From positions 1 through 64,000 of the forward strand of contig JARVGK010000005.1 in NCBI GenBank assembly GCA_029762535.1: DNA of 64,000 nucleotides, in the 5' to 3' direction. The DNA is from Thermoplasmatota archaeon (GTDB lineage: Archaea; Thermoplasmatota; Penumbrarchaeia; Penumbrarchaeales; Penumbrarchaeaceae). Both the position numbers and the translations under genes were made by a program. The notes beneath the pieces are model-generated. The model made no database searches and was not told where the DNA came from. It worked only from the letters and a program-made list of their open reading frames with translations. Shown one piece after another: positions 50,486 to 59,272 of the stretch (positions are counted from its first letter, which is position 1; every line of letters begins with the position of its first letter).

Positions 50486-50532
50486 TATATGGCATATTTT
50501 TCTATGAGTAGATAAAATCAACGGTCATATAA

Positions 50533-50805
50533 TTATGTTCGAATTCCTTGACTCTTTAACCTTCGGATGCCTTTCTCGGTGATCCTGAAGTAAGCTCCCT
50601 TTATTGATCCGCAGGTCCTTCCCGTGGAATGAGGACATGGGATGCAGGCGGTCCCGCACTCTGGGCCTATCCTTTCGATATAACCAAGGGATTCTAGATG
50701 TCTCATCATATGGGATATATGAGCGGCACCCAGTCCGCTCTCTTGAGCGATGGTCATCACATCCTTCCCGCCCATCATAAGATGGAGTAACTCGGTTAGG
50801 TTCAT
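50533..50805 (-). CDS. FeoC-like winged-helix protein
   Basis: wHTH followed by C...C..C.....C; directly after feoB. Confidence 0.75.
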   Translation of the reverse strand: MNLTELLHLMMGGKDVMTIAQESGLGAAHISHMMRHLESLGYIERIGPECGTACIPCPHSTGRTCGSIKGAYFRITEKGIRRLKSQGIRT

Positions 50806-50814
50806 TTTAACACC

Positions 50815-52947
50815 TCAAATCCATGGGACCGCGGACAGTGCGAGCTTGAAGAAAAGGGCCGCCATGTAGGCGAATCCCGTGTTGTATACGATCGAGAAAA
50901 GAGCCCACTTGTATGAACCGGTCTCTTTTCGGATGACCGCTATCGCCGGGATGCACGGTACGTAAAGCGTGAAGAACACCAAGAAAACGAAGGCCCCTGA
51001 CCGATCGAGTCCGGAATTGTTCTTGATACCGCTTTCAATATCTTCCTCACCCGCTCCGGTCAGAATTCCCATCGTTCCGAGAACTATCTCCTTTGCGACG
51101 ATGCCGAACATCAGGGAAACGACCAGCTTCCAGTTGAATCCAAGAGGGCTGAAAACGGGTTCTATCAGCTTTCCGATGTCGGAGGCGAAAGAGTTCTCCA
51201 GACGATCTTCCTCGCCATCATTGTCTTGGCCCCGTAGATAATGTATGGACCCGTCCTCGATTCCGAGGTAGGTCAATCCCCAAACGATGACCATCGCCAC
51301 GACTATGACCGTGGCCGCTTTGCGGATGAATAGATACATGTTCATGGACCCAGACCTGATGGCTTCCTTGATGCTGGGTAAGCTGTAAGGTGGTAGGTCC
51401 ATGATAAGGGGGGAGGGATCACCTCTCAGAATTACCTTCGTAATTAGCAATGAGGAGATGATCAGACCGATCACCCCTATTGAGTACATCGAAACAACGA
51501 TGATTCCGGCATAGAATCCGAAGAAGATCGATGAAAGGAGCATAAGGACAGGCAACCTTGCCGAGCAGGTTATGAAGGGGACGAGAATGATCGTCGCTAT
51601 CCTGTCTCTGAGATTGGGGATGGACCTGGAGGCCATGATCGCGGGTACGTTGCATCCGAAGCCCATTACGAGCGGTATGAAGCTCCTTCCCGGAAGCCCC
51701 AGCCTGGCCATGGTGCGGTCTATTACGTATACACCCCTTGCCATGTAACCAGAGTTCTCCAGAAGTGATATCATGAAGAACAGTATGAATATCATCGGAA
51801 AGAAGACCAAGACCGAACCCACACCCGGTATCAGGCCGTCCCTGAATATCGATACGTACCATGTGTCACCGAATGATGAGAGGGAATTGGAGAAAAGCTC
51901 GAACAATGACTCCACGATCTCGGATAGTGGGTTGCCGATGAGATATGTCAGGGTGAAAACAGAAAGGAGCATTCCGGCGAATATGGGTATTCCCAGCCAT
52001 TTACTGGTAAATGCACTTTCCATGGTCCTTACGATACCGCTCTCGCTTACCCTATCATGTCGCGGGACCATCTCGTCTATGAACTCGTATCTAGAATCGA
52101 TCAGGTCAAGGATGAATTCATCACCCCCATCCATAGATCCATCGAGATCAGACGGATCGATAGTATGTGTCTTTACCATTGACCTCAATTGAGCGTCCCC
52201 TTCGATCCACCTCAAGGCCAGGAACCTTTCGTTGAACCTGGAGAGGTACTTTTTGTCACATGACCAAGCGAAGCCTTCGATGATCCTGATGTATCTCTCG
52301 ATGTGGCGGGGATAGTCAATTATCAGTGGTCTTCTGGGGACAAGGTTCACATCTGAGGTTTGATGGAGATGCGGCCTCTCGACTTCGTCATCGGCGCTTT
52401 TGTGCATGAAACGGTCATGCATCATGGGATGCATGACGTCTGACCTGATGTGATGATGGGTCTCGTGCAGTAGGGAGTCTTTGAGATCGGTTATTCCGAT
52501 GTTCTTGGTGGAGACGGTTGGGACGATTGGACAGCCGAGTTTCGATGAGAGTTGTTGCAGATCGGCGTAGATGCCTCTATCCTTCATCATATCCGCTTTG
52601 TTGATCGCAAGAACGACCGGTATGTTGGATTCGAGGACCTGGACCGCCAGATACATGGAGGTCCTCAGGTTCGCCCCATCCAGAACCACAACGAGAAGAT
52701 CATAATCTCCTATGAGCAGATATCTGGGAACGATCTCCTCGTCCGAGGATCCCGGGTTCAAGCTGTACGTTCCTGGTAGATCGGTGACATGGAAGCGGCA
52801 TCCTTCATTGACGAAGCTACCTTCAAGAAGGTCGACTGTCACTCCTGACCAGTTACCGGTTCTCCCGAACCCTCCGGTGAGAGCGTTGAACAGGGTAGTC
52901 TTACCAGAGTTGGGGATCCCTGTCAGGGCCACCTTTATATCCTTCAT
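50815..52947 (-). CDS. feoB: Ferrous iron transporter B
   Basis: GIPNSGKT, GNWSGVTV, DLPGTYSL, NKAD, GFGCNVPA, CSARLP, LYVPC. Confidence 0.96.
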   Translation of the reverse strand: MKDIKVALTGIPNSGKTTLFNALTGGFGRTGNWSGVTVDLLEGSFVNEGCRFHVTDLPGTYSLNPGSSDEEIVPRYLLIGDYDLLVVVLDGANLRTSMYLAVQVLESNIPVVLAINKADMMKDRGIYADLQQLSSKLGCPIVPTVSTKNIGITDLKDSLLHETHHHIRSDVMHPMMHDRFMHKSADDEVERPHLHQTSDVNLVPRRPLIIDYPRHIERYIRIIEGFAWSCDKKYLSRFNERFLALRWIEGDAQLRSMVKTHTIDPSDLDGSMDGGDEFILDLIDSRYEFIDEMVPRHDRVSESGIVRTMESAFTSKWLGIPIFAGMLLSVFTLTYLIGNPLSEIVESLFELFSNSLSSFGDTWYVSIFRDGLIPGVGSVLVFFPMIFILFFMISLLENSGYMARGVYVIDRTMARLGLPGRSFIPLVMGFGCNVPAIMASRSIPNLRDRIATIILVPFITCSARLPVLMLLSSIFFGFYAGIIVVSMYSIGVIGLIISSLLITKVILRGDPSPLIMDLPPYSLPSIKEAIRSGSMNMYLFIRKAATVIVVAMVIVWGLTYLGIEDGSIHYLRGQDNDGEEDRLENSFASDIGKLIEPVFSPLGFNWKLVVSLMFGIVAKEIVLGTMGILTGAGEEDIESGIKNNSGLDRSGAFVFLVFFTLYVPCIPAIAVIRKETGSYKWALFSIVYNTGFAYMAALFFKLALSAVPWI

Positions 52948-52973
52948 CGCGGACCATAAGCAGGACCTAGAAT

Positions 52974-52991
52974 ATTTAGGTTATCCTAAAT
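52974..52991. promoter_or_regulatory. DtxR/MntR-family-like operator palindrome upstream of feoB
   Basis: ATTTAGG-TTAT-CCTAAAT, perfect 7-bp arms, 27 nt upstream of the feoB start. Confidence 0.7.
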
Positions 52992-53267
52992 TATGTTTTT
53001 ACATGGCTACATATCTCCCTTTGATAGCAACCAGATAATTCAACTGTAAGTGAAGTTGATCATAATGATCGATATTAACAAAAATATATAAATTTCAATA
53101 TATAAAGTAATATATTATGTAATTAGACAATATAACATATGTTTAAGGCAATATTTCTGATATTCGGTGTATTATAATAAATACAGTAAATTTCTAACTC
53201 TATACATGGAATTCATACAATAATGAAGTAGGTAATGTAGAGTTCTGGAAAGGATTAAAAACAAGCT

Positions 53268-55139
53268 GTGTTCTGGAGAGAAATGGGTGTTCAGACCATG
53301 AAGCCAGTCCTAAATCCGCTCAGGGCTCAGATAGAATCGAAAATGACAGAGGAATTGGGTTTTAATAATATCTTTGATATGTTCCTTCATTCCTCAAGAA
53401 AGAATCCAGAAAAGGTCCTGGCGATGCACAAGCTAGGAAAGGGGCATTGGGGCTCACTCACATATGATGAGGTAGAAAAGGGGTCCCTCGATTGCGCCGC
53501 CGCATTCCTGAAAAACGGAATAAAGAAGGGGGACAGGGTCGCTTTCATATGCAACAACCGATACGAATGGCTCATACTTGATCTCTCGCTTCACAGGATA
53601 GGTGCGGTTAACATATCGAACTACGTCACACCCGATCCGAAAAAACTGGTGGAGACGGAGGTCTGCTTCAACATAAACGATTCACAATGTCGAATGCTGT
53701 TCGTCGCGGAAAAATACCTGGAAAGGGTCATGGAGATATACGATCAGGGTAAGATGCCGACTATCGAGAAGGTCGTCGTATTGACCGATTCAGCGGATCG
53801 AAAGAAGATCGGTGAACTTGATACCTTCTCTGAATTCGTTAAGGTCGGGCAGGAATCCAGAAAAATGCTCGAGGATTATAAGGAGGTCGTGAACCTAAAT
53901 GATCTTGCCACGATCATATACACATCTGGTTCGACCGGGGTTCCAAAAGGAGTGATGCTTACCCATGGCAACCTCATATCAAATGCACAGAGCCTGACAA
54001 CATTCATCGATCTTAAAGAGACAGATGTGGAACTCAGCTTCTTGCCTCTTGGGCATGTTTTCGAGCGTATTATCAATTATATAATCCTGAGAATATCAGG
54101 CACCATAGGTTATGCTGAATCCATTGAGACCATAGCGGATGATGTACAGTTCGTCAAACCTACCGTTTTTCCCGCTGTACCTAGGGTCTTCGAGAAGTTC
54201 AAGGCAAAGGTAGAGGAAAATGCCAGGTCCAAAGGTGAGTTATCCTTCAAGATATACAAATGGTCAACGAAAGTAGGTAGGGATTATTCATTGGGAAAGA
54301 GGGGTTTTCCAATGAATATAAAATACATGATGGCCAAGAAAATCGTGTTCGACAAGGTTGTTGACAAGCTCGGGGGAAATGTTAGGTTCTTCGTTTCATC
54401 GTCCGCTCCTCTAAGCGAAGATACTGCTATGTTCTTCAAATCGATGAACCTGGAGATCCTGGAGGCTTATGGGATGACCGAGGCCGGTCCATTGATAAGC
54501 ATTAACAGGAACAACAGGGCGAGGATCGGTACCGTTGGAGAGGCCCCTCCCGAAATAGAGGTGAAGATCGCAAATGATGGGGAGATACTTGTCAGGGGGC
54601 CATCAATAATGAAAGGTTACTGGAACAGACCTGATGCTGATAAGGAGGCTTTTCTAAACGGATGGCTCGCTACTGGCGACATAGGAGTGATGTCAAAAGA
54701 TGGTTATCTTAAGATAACGGACCGTAAGAAGAATCTAATCAAGACATCAACTGGCAAATATGTACCCCCTGCTCCCATAGAGGACAAGCTGGTATCGAAC
54801 CAGTATGTCAGCCAGGCAATCGTTATAGGGGAAGCCAGACCTCACTGCTCGGCAATAATCGTCCCGGATTTCAAGCGTCTCGAGGATTATGCCCAGCATA
54901 ACCAACTGCATTACACATCGATTGACGATCTCATGAATAATCCATCGGTGAAGTCCTTTTACGAGGAGTTGATCAAGAACGAGACCAAGGACATGGCGGC
55001 CCATGAACAGCCAAAGAAGGTAATCCTCCATTCAAAGGAATGGACGTGGGAATCTGGAGAGCTCACGCCAACTCAGAAGGTCAAGAGGAGTGTGATCACT
55101 AAGATGTTCAAAGACGAGATCGACAGGATCTATTCGTAA
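53268..55139 (+). CDS. Long-chain fatty-acid--CoA ligase (AMP-binding)
   Basis: IIYTSGSTGVPKG, FLPLGHVFER, AYGMTE, TGDIG..ITDRKK, LTPTQKVKR; true start may be slightly downstream. Confidence 0.92.
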   Translation: MFWREMGVQTMKPVLNPLRAQIESKMTEELGFNNIFDMFLHSSRKNPEKVLAMHKLGKGHWGSLTYDEVEKGSLDCAAAFLKNGIKKGDRVAFICNNRYEWLILDLSLHRIGAVNISNYVTPDPKKLVETEVCFNINDSQCRMLFVAEKYLERVMEIYDQGKMPTIEKVVVLTDSADRKKIGELDTFSEFVKVGQESRKMLEDYKEVVNLNDLATIIYTSGSTGVPKGVMLTHGNLISNAQSLTTFIDLKETDVELSFLPLGHVFERIINYIILRISGTIGYAESIETIADDVQFVKPTVFPAVPRVFEKFKAKVEENARSKGELSFKIYKWSTKVGRDYSLGKRGFPMNIKYMMAKKIVFDKVVDKLGGNVRFFVSSSAPLSEDTAMFFKSMNLEILEAYGMTEAGPLISINRNNRARIGTVGEAPPEIEVKIANDGEILVRGPSIMKGYWNRPDADKEAFLNGWLATGDIGVMSKDGYLKITDRKKNLIKTSTGKYVPPAPIEDKLVSNQYVSQAIVIGEARPHCSAIIVPDFKRLEDYAQHNQLHYTSIDDLMNNPSVKSFYEELIKNETKDMAAHEQPKKVILHSKEWTWESGELTPTQKVKRSVITKMFKDEIDRIYS

Positions 55140-56026
55140 AGGTCCATAGCTGCTTCCATTATCCTTTGAGCGGAGGTAACCATATCACCCTCTTTAAGAA
55201 AAATATTGGTGAGACCAAGTCTGGATCTCCATTTCCTCTGTTTCCTTACCAGGTCCATATTGCTTCTTACGATAGCATCGAATAACTCATCATTTGATAC
55301 TACTTTATTCATATGGCCGATAATATGGTTCACACCTATCATCTCAAGACCGGGAAAGTCTCGTGTGTAGCCCGAGTCGATGATCGATCCGACCTCTGAT
55401 AGCCATCCCTTTTCGAGCATTGTCATCGTGCGTTCGCCTATCCTTGCCTTGAGCTCTCGGTCCGATCGGTCTATGAAGAACCCTTTCCAGTTCACTCCCA
55501 TGGTACTGATCCCCTTTATGGTATCTTGCAAAGGCCCCAAAGACGTGATGAGCGCCCTCGAGAGCCTTCTGAGATCATTAGGATGTGTCATGAAAGCCTT
55601 TGCAGGGTCCAATTCAAACAATAGATCGTGTGCATCATGAGGACCCAGATCCTTGATGATCTCCCTAATATCATTGGCAATACAAGGGTCGTGGGATGGA
55701 CCATTCAGTCCCTTTATCAGCCTCTCCATATAGAGCATGCTCCCCCCACAGGCGAGGGGAAGCTTTCCTCTTTCTCTTATCCTCATTGATGTGGGGATCG
55801 CCATATCAAGAAATGATCGAACGGTCATTCTTTCATTTAGACCGATAAGATCGATCATGTGATAAGGTGTATCTTTATCGATAGTGAACTTACCATTACC
55901 TATCCTAACGTCCTTGTAGAAACATCCGGTATCGACGGATATTATCTCATATGGAACCTTTCTGCAGATATGCTGTGCGATCTCTGTCTTTCCTGAACAG
56001 GTGGGTCCGGTTAAGATCAACATCAA
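55130..56026 (-). CDS. miaA: tRNA dimethylallyltransferase (MiaA/IPT)-like protein, diverged
   Basis: GPTCSGKT, EIISVD, YHMID, GGSMLY, HPNDLRRLSRAL, RI..R..ML..G..EV, RKQ..W. Confidence 0.8.
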   Translation of the reverse strand: MMLILTGPTCSGKTEIAQHICRKVPYEIISVDTGCFYKDVRIGNGKFTIDKDTPYHMIDLIGLNERMTVRSFLDMAIPTSMRIRERGKLPLACGGSMLYMERLIKGLNGPSHDPCIANDIREIIKDLGPHDAHDLLFELDPAKAFMTHPNDLRRLSRALITSLGPLQDTIKGISTMGVNWKGFFIDRSDRELKARIGERTMTMLEKGWLSEVGSIIDSGYTRDFPGLEMIGVNHIIGHMNKVVSNDELFDAIVRSNMDLVRKQRKWRSRLGLTNIFLKEGDMVTSAQRIMEAAMDLYE

Positions 56027-56115
56027 GACCGTTACCTGTGATCATTTAAGTAAAGTTTACCTATCTCTAAAGATCATATCACATCGATCAGGAAATATCC
56101 TCAAGGCGATCGTTA

Positions 56116-57573
56116 TCAGAAGCTTGGTCTGTAAATGACCTTGGGCTTGAGCCCTTTGAGCTCGGAGAGTAACCCTCCCTGAAGGGATGATAGGACATCG
56201 GTGTTGGGTATGTTGGACTCGATGACCGTTGTCCTGCCGTGCCTGCCAAAAGAGATTACCTTTGTTTGAATTATGCCAAGCCTGTCAAGTTCGTTCAGGA
56301 GGTTGACCACCTGTCTTCTACCCAATACAATCAAGTCAAGCTTCGAGGCGTAGTTGGAATAGGTTTCGACCACTTCTTTTGTGGTTGTCTTGATCCTTCC
56401 GAATATCTTCAGCTGGATGATCGAATACAGGACGATCTTGCTCTGGAGTGGTAATGATTTCACGACCTGTTGAACACGGTCGGTCTCTATCTTCTTCTGG
56501 GCCATTTTGACGTACAGGTCGGTGAGTTTGGGGGAGTGGTCCCTTTCGGCAAGCTCGGCCGAGACCCTGAGTAGGTCAAGAGCTTTTCTTGCATCACCAT
56601 TCTCCTGAGCAGCGATCCCAGCGCATAGCGATACCACATTGTCCTGGATCGAACCTTGGTAGAACGCTTCCTTCGCCCTGTGTTCGAGTATGTCCTTGAG
56701 CTGTAAAGCATTGTAGGGCTCGAAGATTATCTCTTCAGAACCCAAGGACGATCTAACTCTTGGTTCGAGATAATCCATTATCTTTAGGTTGTTTGAGATA
56801 CCGATTATCGCGACCCTTGTCCTTTGAAGGTCCTCGTTGATCCTGGTGAGTGTATATAATATGTCGTCTCCTACCTTCATGATGAGCCTATCTATCTCAT
56901 CAAGGATTATTATGACCAGTGATGAAGCCTCATCAAGCTTGGAGAGCATCCTTGAATGGACCTCGTCGATGGGGAGCCCGGACACAGGAAGTCTGTCCTC
57001 GTCCGAGAAAGGAAGAAGCCTGTTCGCCACCTGGGTCATGACCCGGTAGGCGGTGTCCATTTGCTGGCAGTTGATGTAAATGGACCTGATCTGCCTGTGC
57101 AGCTGTTGGGACATTTCGGGACCGAGCACATCATCATGATCGATTATGGAGAGTGCGGAATTGAGGCATCTGACCGATTCCGAATCTGACATCTCTTCCT
57201 GAATCTCCATGAAAGTCCTGAGATTTCTTTCCTTGATGAAGTTGGATTTTTCCTGGAGGGCCTTCATCAGGATCTTGGACACAACGGTCTTTCCGGTCCC
57301 GGTCATGCCGAATATAATGATGTTCGAGGGGGTATCGCCCCATAATGCAGGTATCAATATCCTTGCGATACTTCCGATCTCTCTCTCACGATGGGGGAGA
57401 GTATCAGGTATATAGGAATACCTGAGAACCTCGCGGTTCTTGAAGATCTTTCCCCCGAGATCGAGGATATCAAAGATATCAGTAGCTAACCCATTCAAAC
57501 TTTTCACCGTTCCCCAGCTTGATCGGATGATGCAGGACGGAGGTATATGCGGCCGGATATTCCGGAGCTTCAC
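56116..57573 (-). CDS. cdc6: Orc1/Cdc6 replication initiator
   Basis: IFKNREVL..YIP..LPHRE, GMTGTGKT, YINC, ILDEID, FEPYNA.QL..IL, GDARKALDLLR, C-terminal wHTH with GRHGRT; true start may be about 70 nt downstream. Confidence 0.95.
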   Translation of the reverse strand: MKLRNIRPHIPPSCIIRSSWGTVKSLNGLATDIFDILDLGGKIFKNREVLRYSYIPDTLPHREREIGSIARILIPALWGDTPSNIIIFGMTGTGKTVVSKILMKALQEKSNFIKERNLRTFMEIQEEMSDSESVRCLNSALSIIDHDDVLGPEMSQQLHRQIRSIYINCQQMDTAYRVMTQVANRLLPFSDEDRLPVSGLPIDEVHSRMLSKLDEASSLVIIILDEIDRLIMKVGDDILYTLTRINEDLQRTRVAIIGISNNLKIMDYLEPRVRSSLGSEEIIFEPYNALQLKDILEHRAKEAFYQGSIQDNVVSLCAGIAAQENGDARKALDLLRVSAELAERDHSPKLTDLYVKMAQKKIETDRVQQVVKSLPLQSKIVLYSIIQLKIFGRIKTTTKEVVETYSNYASKLDLIVLGRRQVVNLLNELDRLGIIQTKVISFGRHGRTTVIESNIPNTDVLSSLQGGLLSELKGLKPKVIYRPSF

Positions 57574-57575
57574 AA

Positions 57576-57592
57576 CCCCGTTCCACTGAAGA
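57576..57592 (-). promoter_or_regulatory. ORB-like element directly upstream of cdc6
   Basis: Minus strand reads TCTTCAGTGGAACGGGG, resembling TTCCAGTGGAAAC plus a G-string. Confidence 0.45.
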
Positions 57593-57934
57593 GAAGCTTA
57601 TTATTTAGCATTTTCCGGAGGCTTCTGGAGGGGTATAAATAGAGGTGTTTTTTTTTGGGTCGAGCAACTTTCGATCCTCCCTTACGATCATGTTCACAAG
57701 ACCGCCTATATGTATTTTCTATGCCTGGATACTTATAAGGATACTATATATGTTCCATATTGTTGGGGGACGTGGGGTGCAAAAAAATGTTTTTTACCCT
57801 TGAAAATCGTTATAGATACCGAACCGGTTGGGAAAAGCGGAGTTTAGAGCTAGAAAAGGGGGCCGATTCATGTGGACAAAATGATTATGGATGATGAGCA
57901 ACTACACCTCTACTTATAAAGAGATCCTCCAAAG

Positions 57935-58666
57935 GTGGAAACATTGGGAAAAGAGAAAAAGGCTCTACGGAAGATAATGAAGACATTATCTGGTTCGATC
58001 AAGAGGATTAGAGATCTGGAGCGAGATTTTCCAATAACTACCATAGCATGGATGGAGCTCAGGGGCGAGCTCGGATCCATAGACGAGAGCCTTAGATCGG
58101 ACCTGTTCTCCCTGGCCAAGAAAGCGAACGAATACCGAAAAAGATACTGGAAGGTGGAATATAGTATAAGACAGGATATCGTTCATTATATGAACAGGAT
58201 AGGATTCTCTCCTTCTTTCTCCCCTCAGATAGAGACCCTCGCAAATCATCTTCCCAGGTCTCTAATAATTCAAGACGGAAGAGTGTGGATCTTTTCATAT
58301 GATACTTATATCAAGGATATCGCCTCTGGAGTGGGAAGGGATTGGAAAGAGGCCCCTACTGGTTCAGATATCTTTCAACGCTTCGAAAAAAAATATCATA
58401 AGGATATCCAGAACCTTCGCCACCAAGCTGATGTATTGATCAGAGAGATCGATGCATTCCTGTCCTTGTTGGGAGAGTATTTGCGTTCGGGAAATGCGTG
58501 GAACGTTACAGAGTTGACCCCGAGCCAAAAACGGATATCGATCCGTTCGGAAGCACAATTAATATTAATCAAGCGCCCTTATCCACTGCCAAGGCCTCCC
58601 AAGAGGCCGAGAAAACGATTGTTCAGACGGATCAAAAGAAAAGAGATAGGGCCGGAGGATATCTGA
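57935..58666 (+). CDS. Hypothetical helical protein with basic C-terminus
   Basis: 243-aa ORF divergent from cdc6; TGATG overlap with the next gene. Confidence 0.65.
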   Translation: METLGKEKKALRKIMKTLSGSIKRIRDLERDFPITTIAWMELRGELGSIDESLRSDLFSLAKKANEYRKRYWKVEYSIRQDIVHYMNRIGFSPSFSPQIETLANHLPRSLIIQDGRVWIFSYDTYIKDIASGVGRDWKEAPTGSDIFQRFEKKYHKDIQNLRHQADVLIREIDAFLSLLGEYLRSGNAWNVTELTPSQKRISIRSEAQLILIKRPYPLPRPPKRPRKRLFRRIKRKEIGPEDI

Positions 58667-59193
58667 TGCGAATAGTATACAAAGACCCTATCTTCCTTCT
58701 TGCAGCGGTATTTATTCTCCTAACTTTATCCTTAACAGCGGTATCGATGACCAGTCAGAGAAGACAAGGTCAGATCGAGGTCAACGTGACTTACCCCAAA
58801 GGGATATCCTTGAACAACATTAAAGAGGGTAGGACCTTACATCTCGAATATATATCCGAATACGAGATAGGTGTGTACCTACTTGGACGTCAGGAGGCAG
58901 AGGACCTGCGCAGGCCATCGTTCTTTAAAGATATTGAGCTGCCTCCAAGCCTTCACAAGGGGAAAGAAGGTTCCATCTCTTTCAAGATAGATGGGGATGG
59001 CGATTACGAACTTATGTTCTATAACGACAGCTTCACTAAGAACGTTCTGGTCGAATACGAGCTCGATATGGGAATGCGTATAGAGGATGGATATTTCAAG
59101 ACATCATTGATCTCAACGGCTTTAATCACATTGGTTCTCGTGGGCATCGTTATGGTGAGATTTTTCAAGAAAAAAGCTCTATCTCGTTTATGA
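58666..59193 (+). CDS. Hypothetical membrane protein (TM, beta domain, TM)
   Basis: GGAGG upstream of ATG 58666; two hydrophobic helices. Confidence 0.7.
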   Translation: MRIVYKDPIFLLAAVFILLTLSLTAVSMTSQRRQGQIEVNVTYPKGISLNNIKEGRTLHLEYISEYEIGVYLLGRQEAEDLRRPSFFKDIELPPSLHKGKEGSISFKIDGDGDYELMFYNDSFTKNVLVEYELDMGMRIEDGYFKTSLISTALITLVLVGIVMVRFFKKKALSRL

Positions 59194-59272
59194 CCGATGA
59201 GATGGAGCGGTTTATCATTCGGGGGATTGTTATTTATACCGACATTATCTATCATCTAGTAAGATCGATCAG

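Noticed and set aside
57075-57250. Intein in Cdc6
   Set aside because: Too short and lacks the His-Asn splice junction
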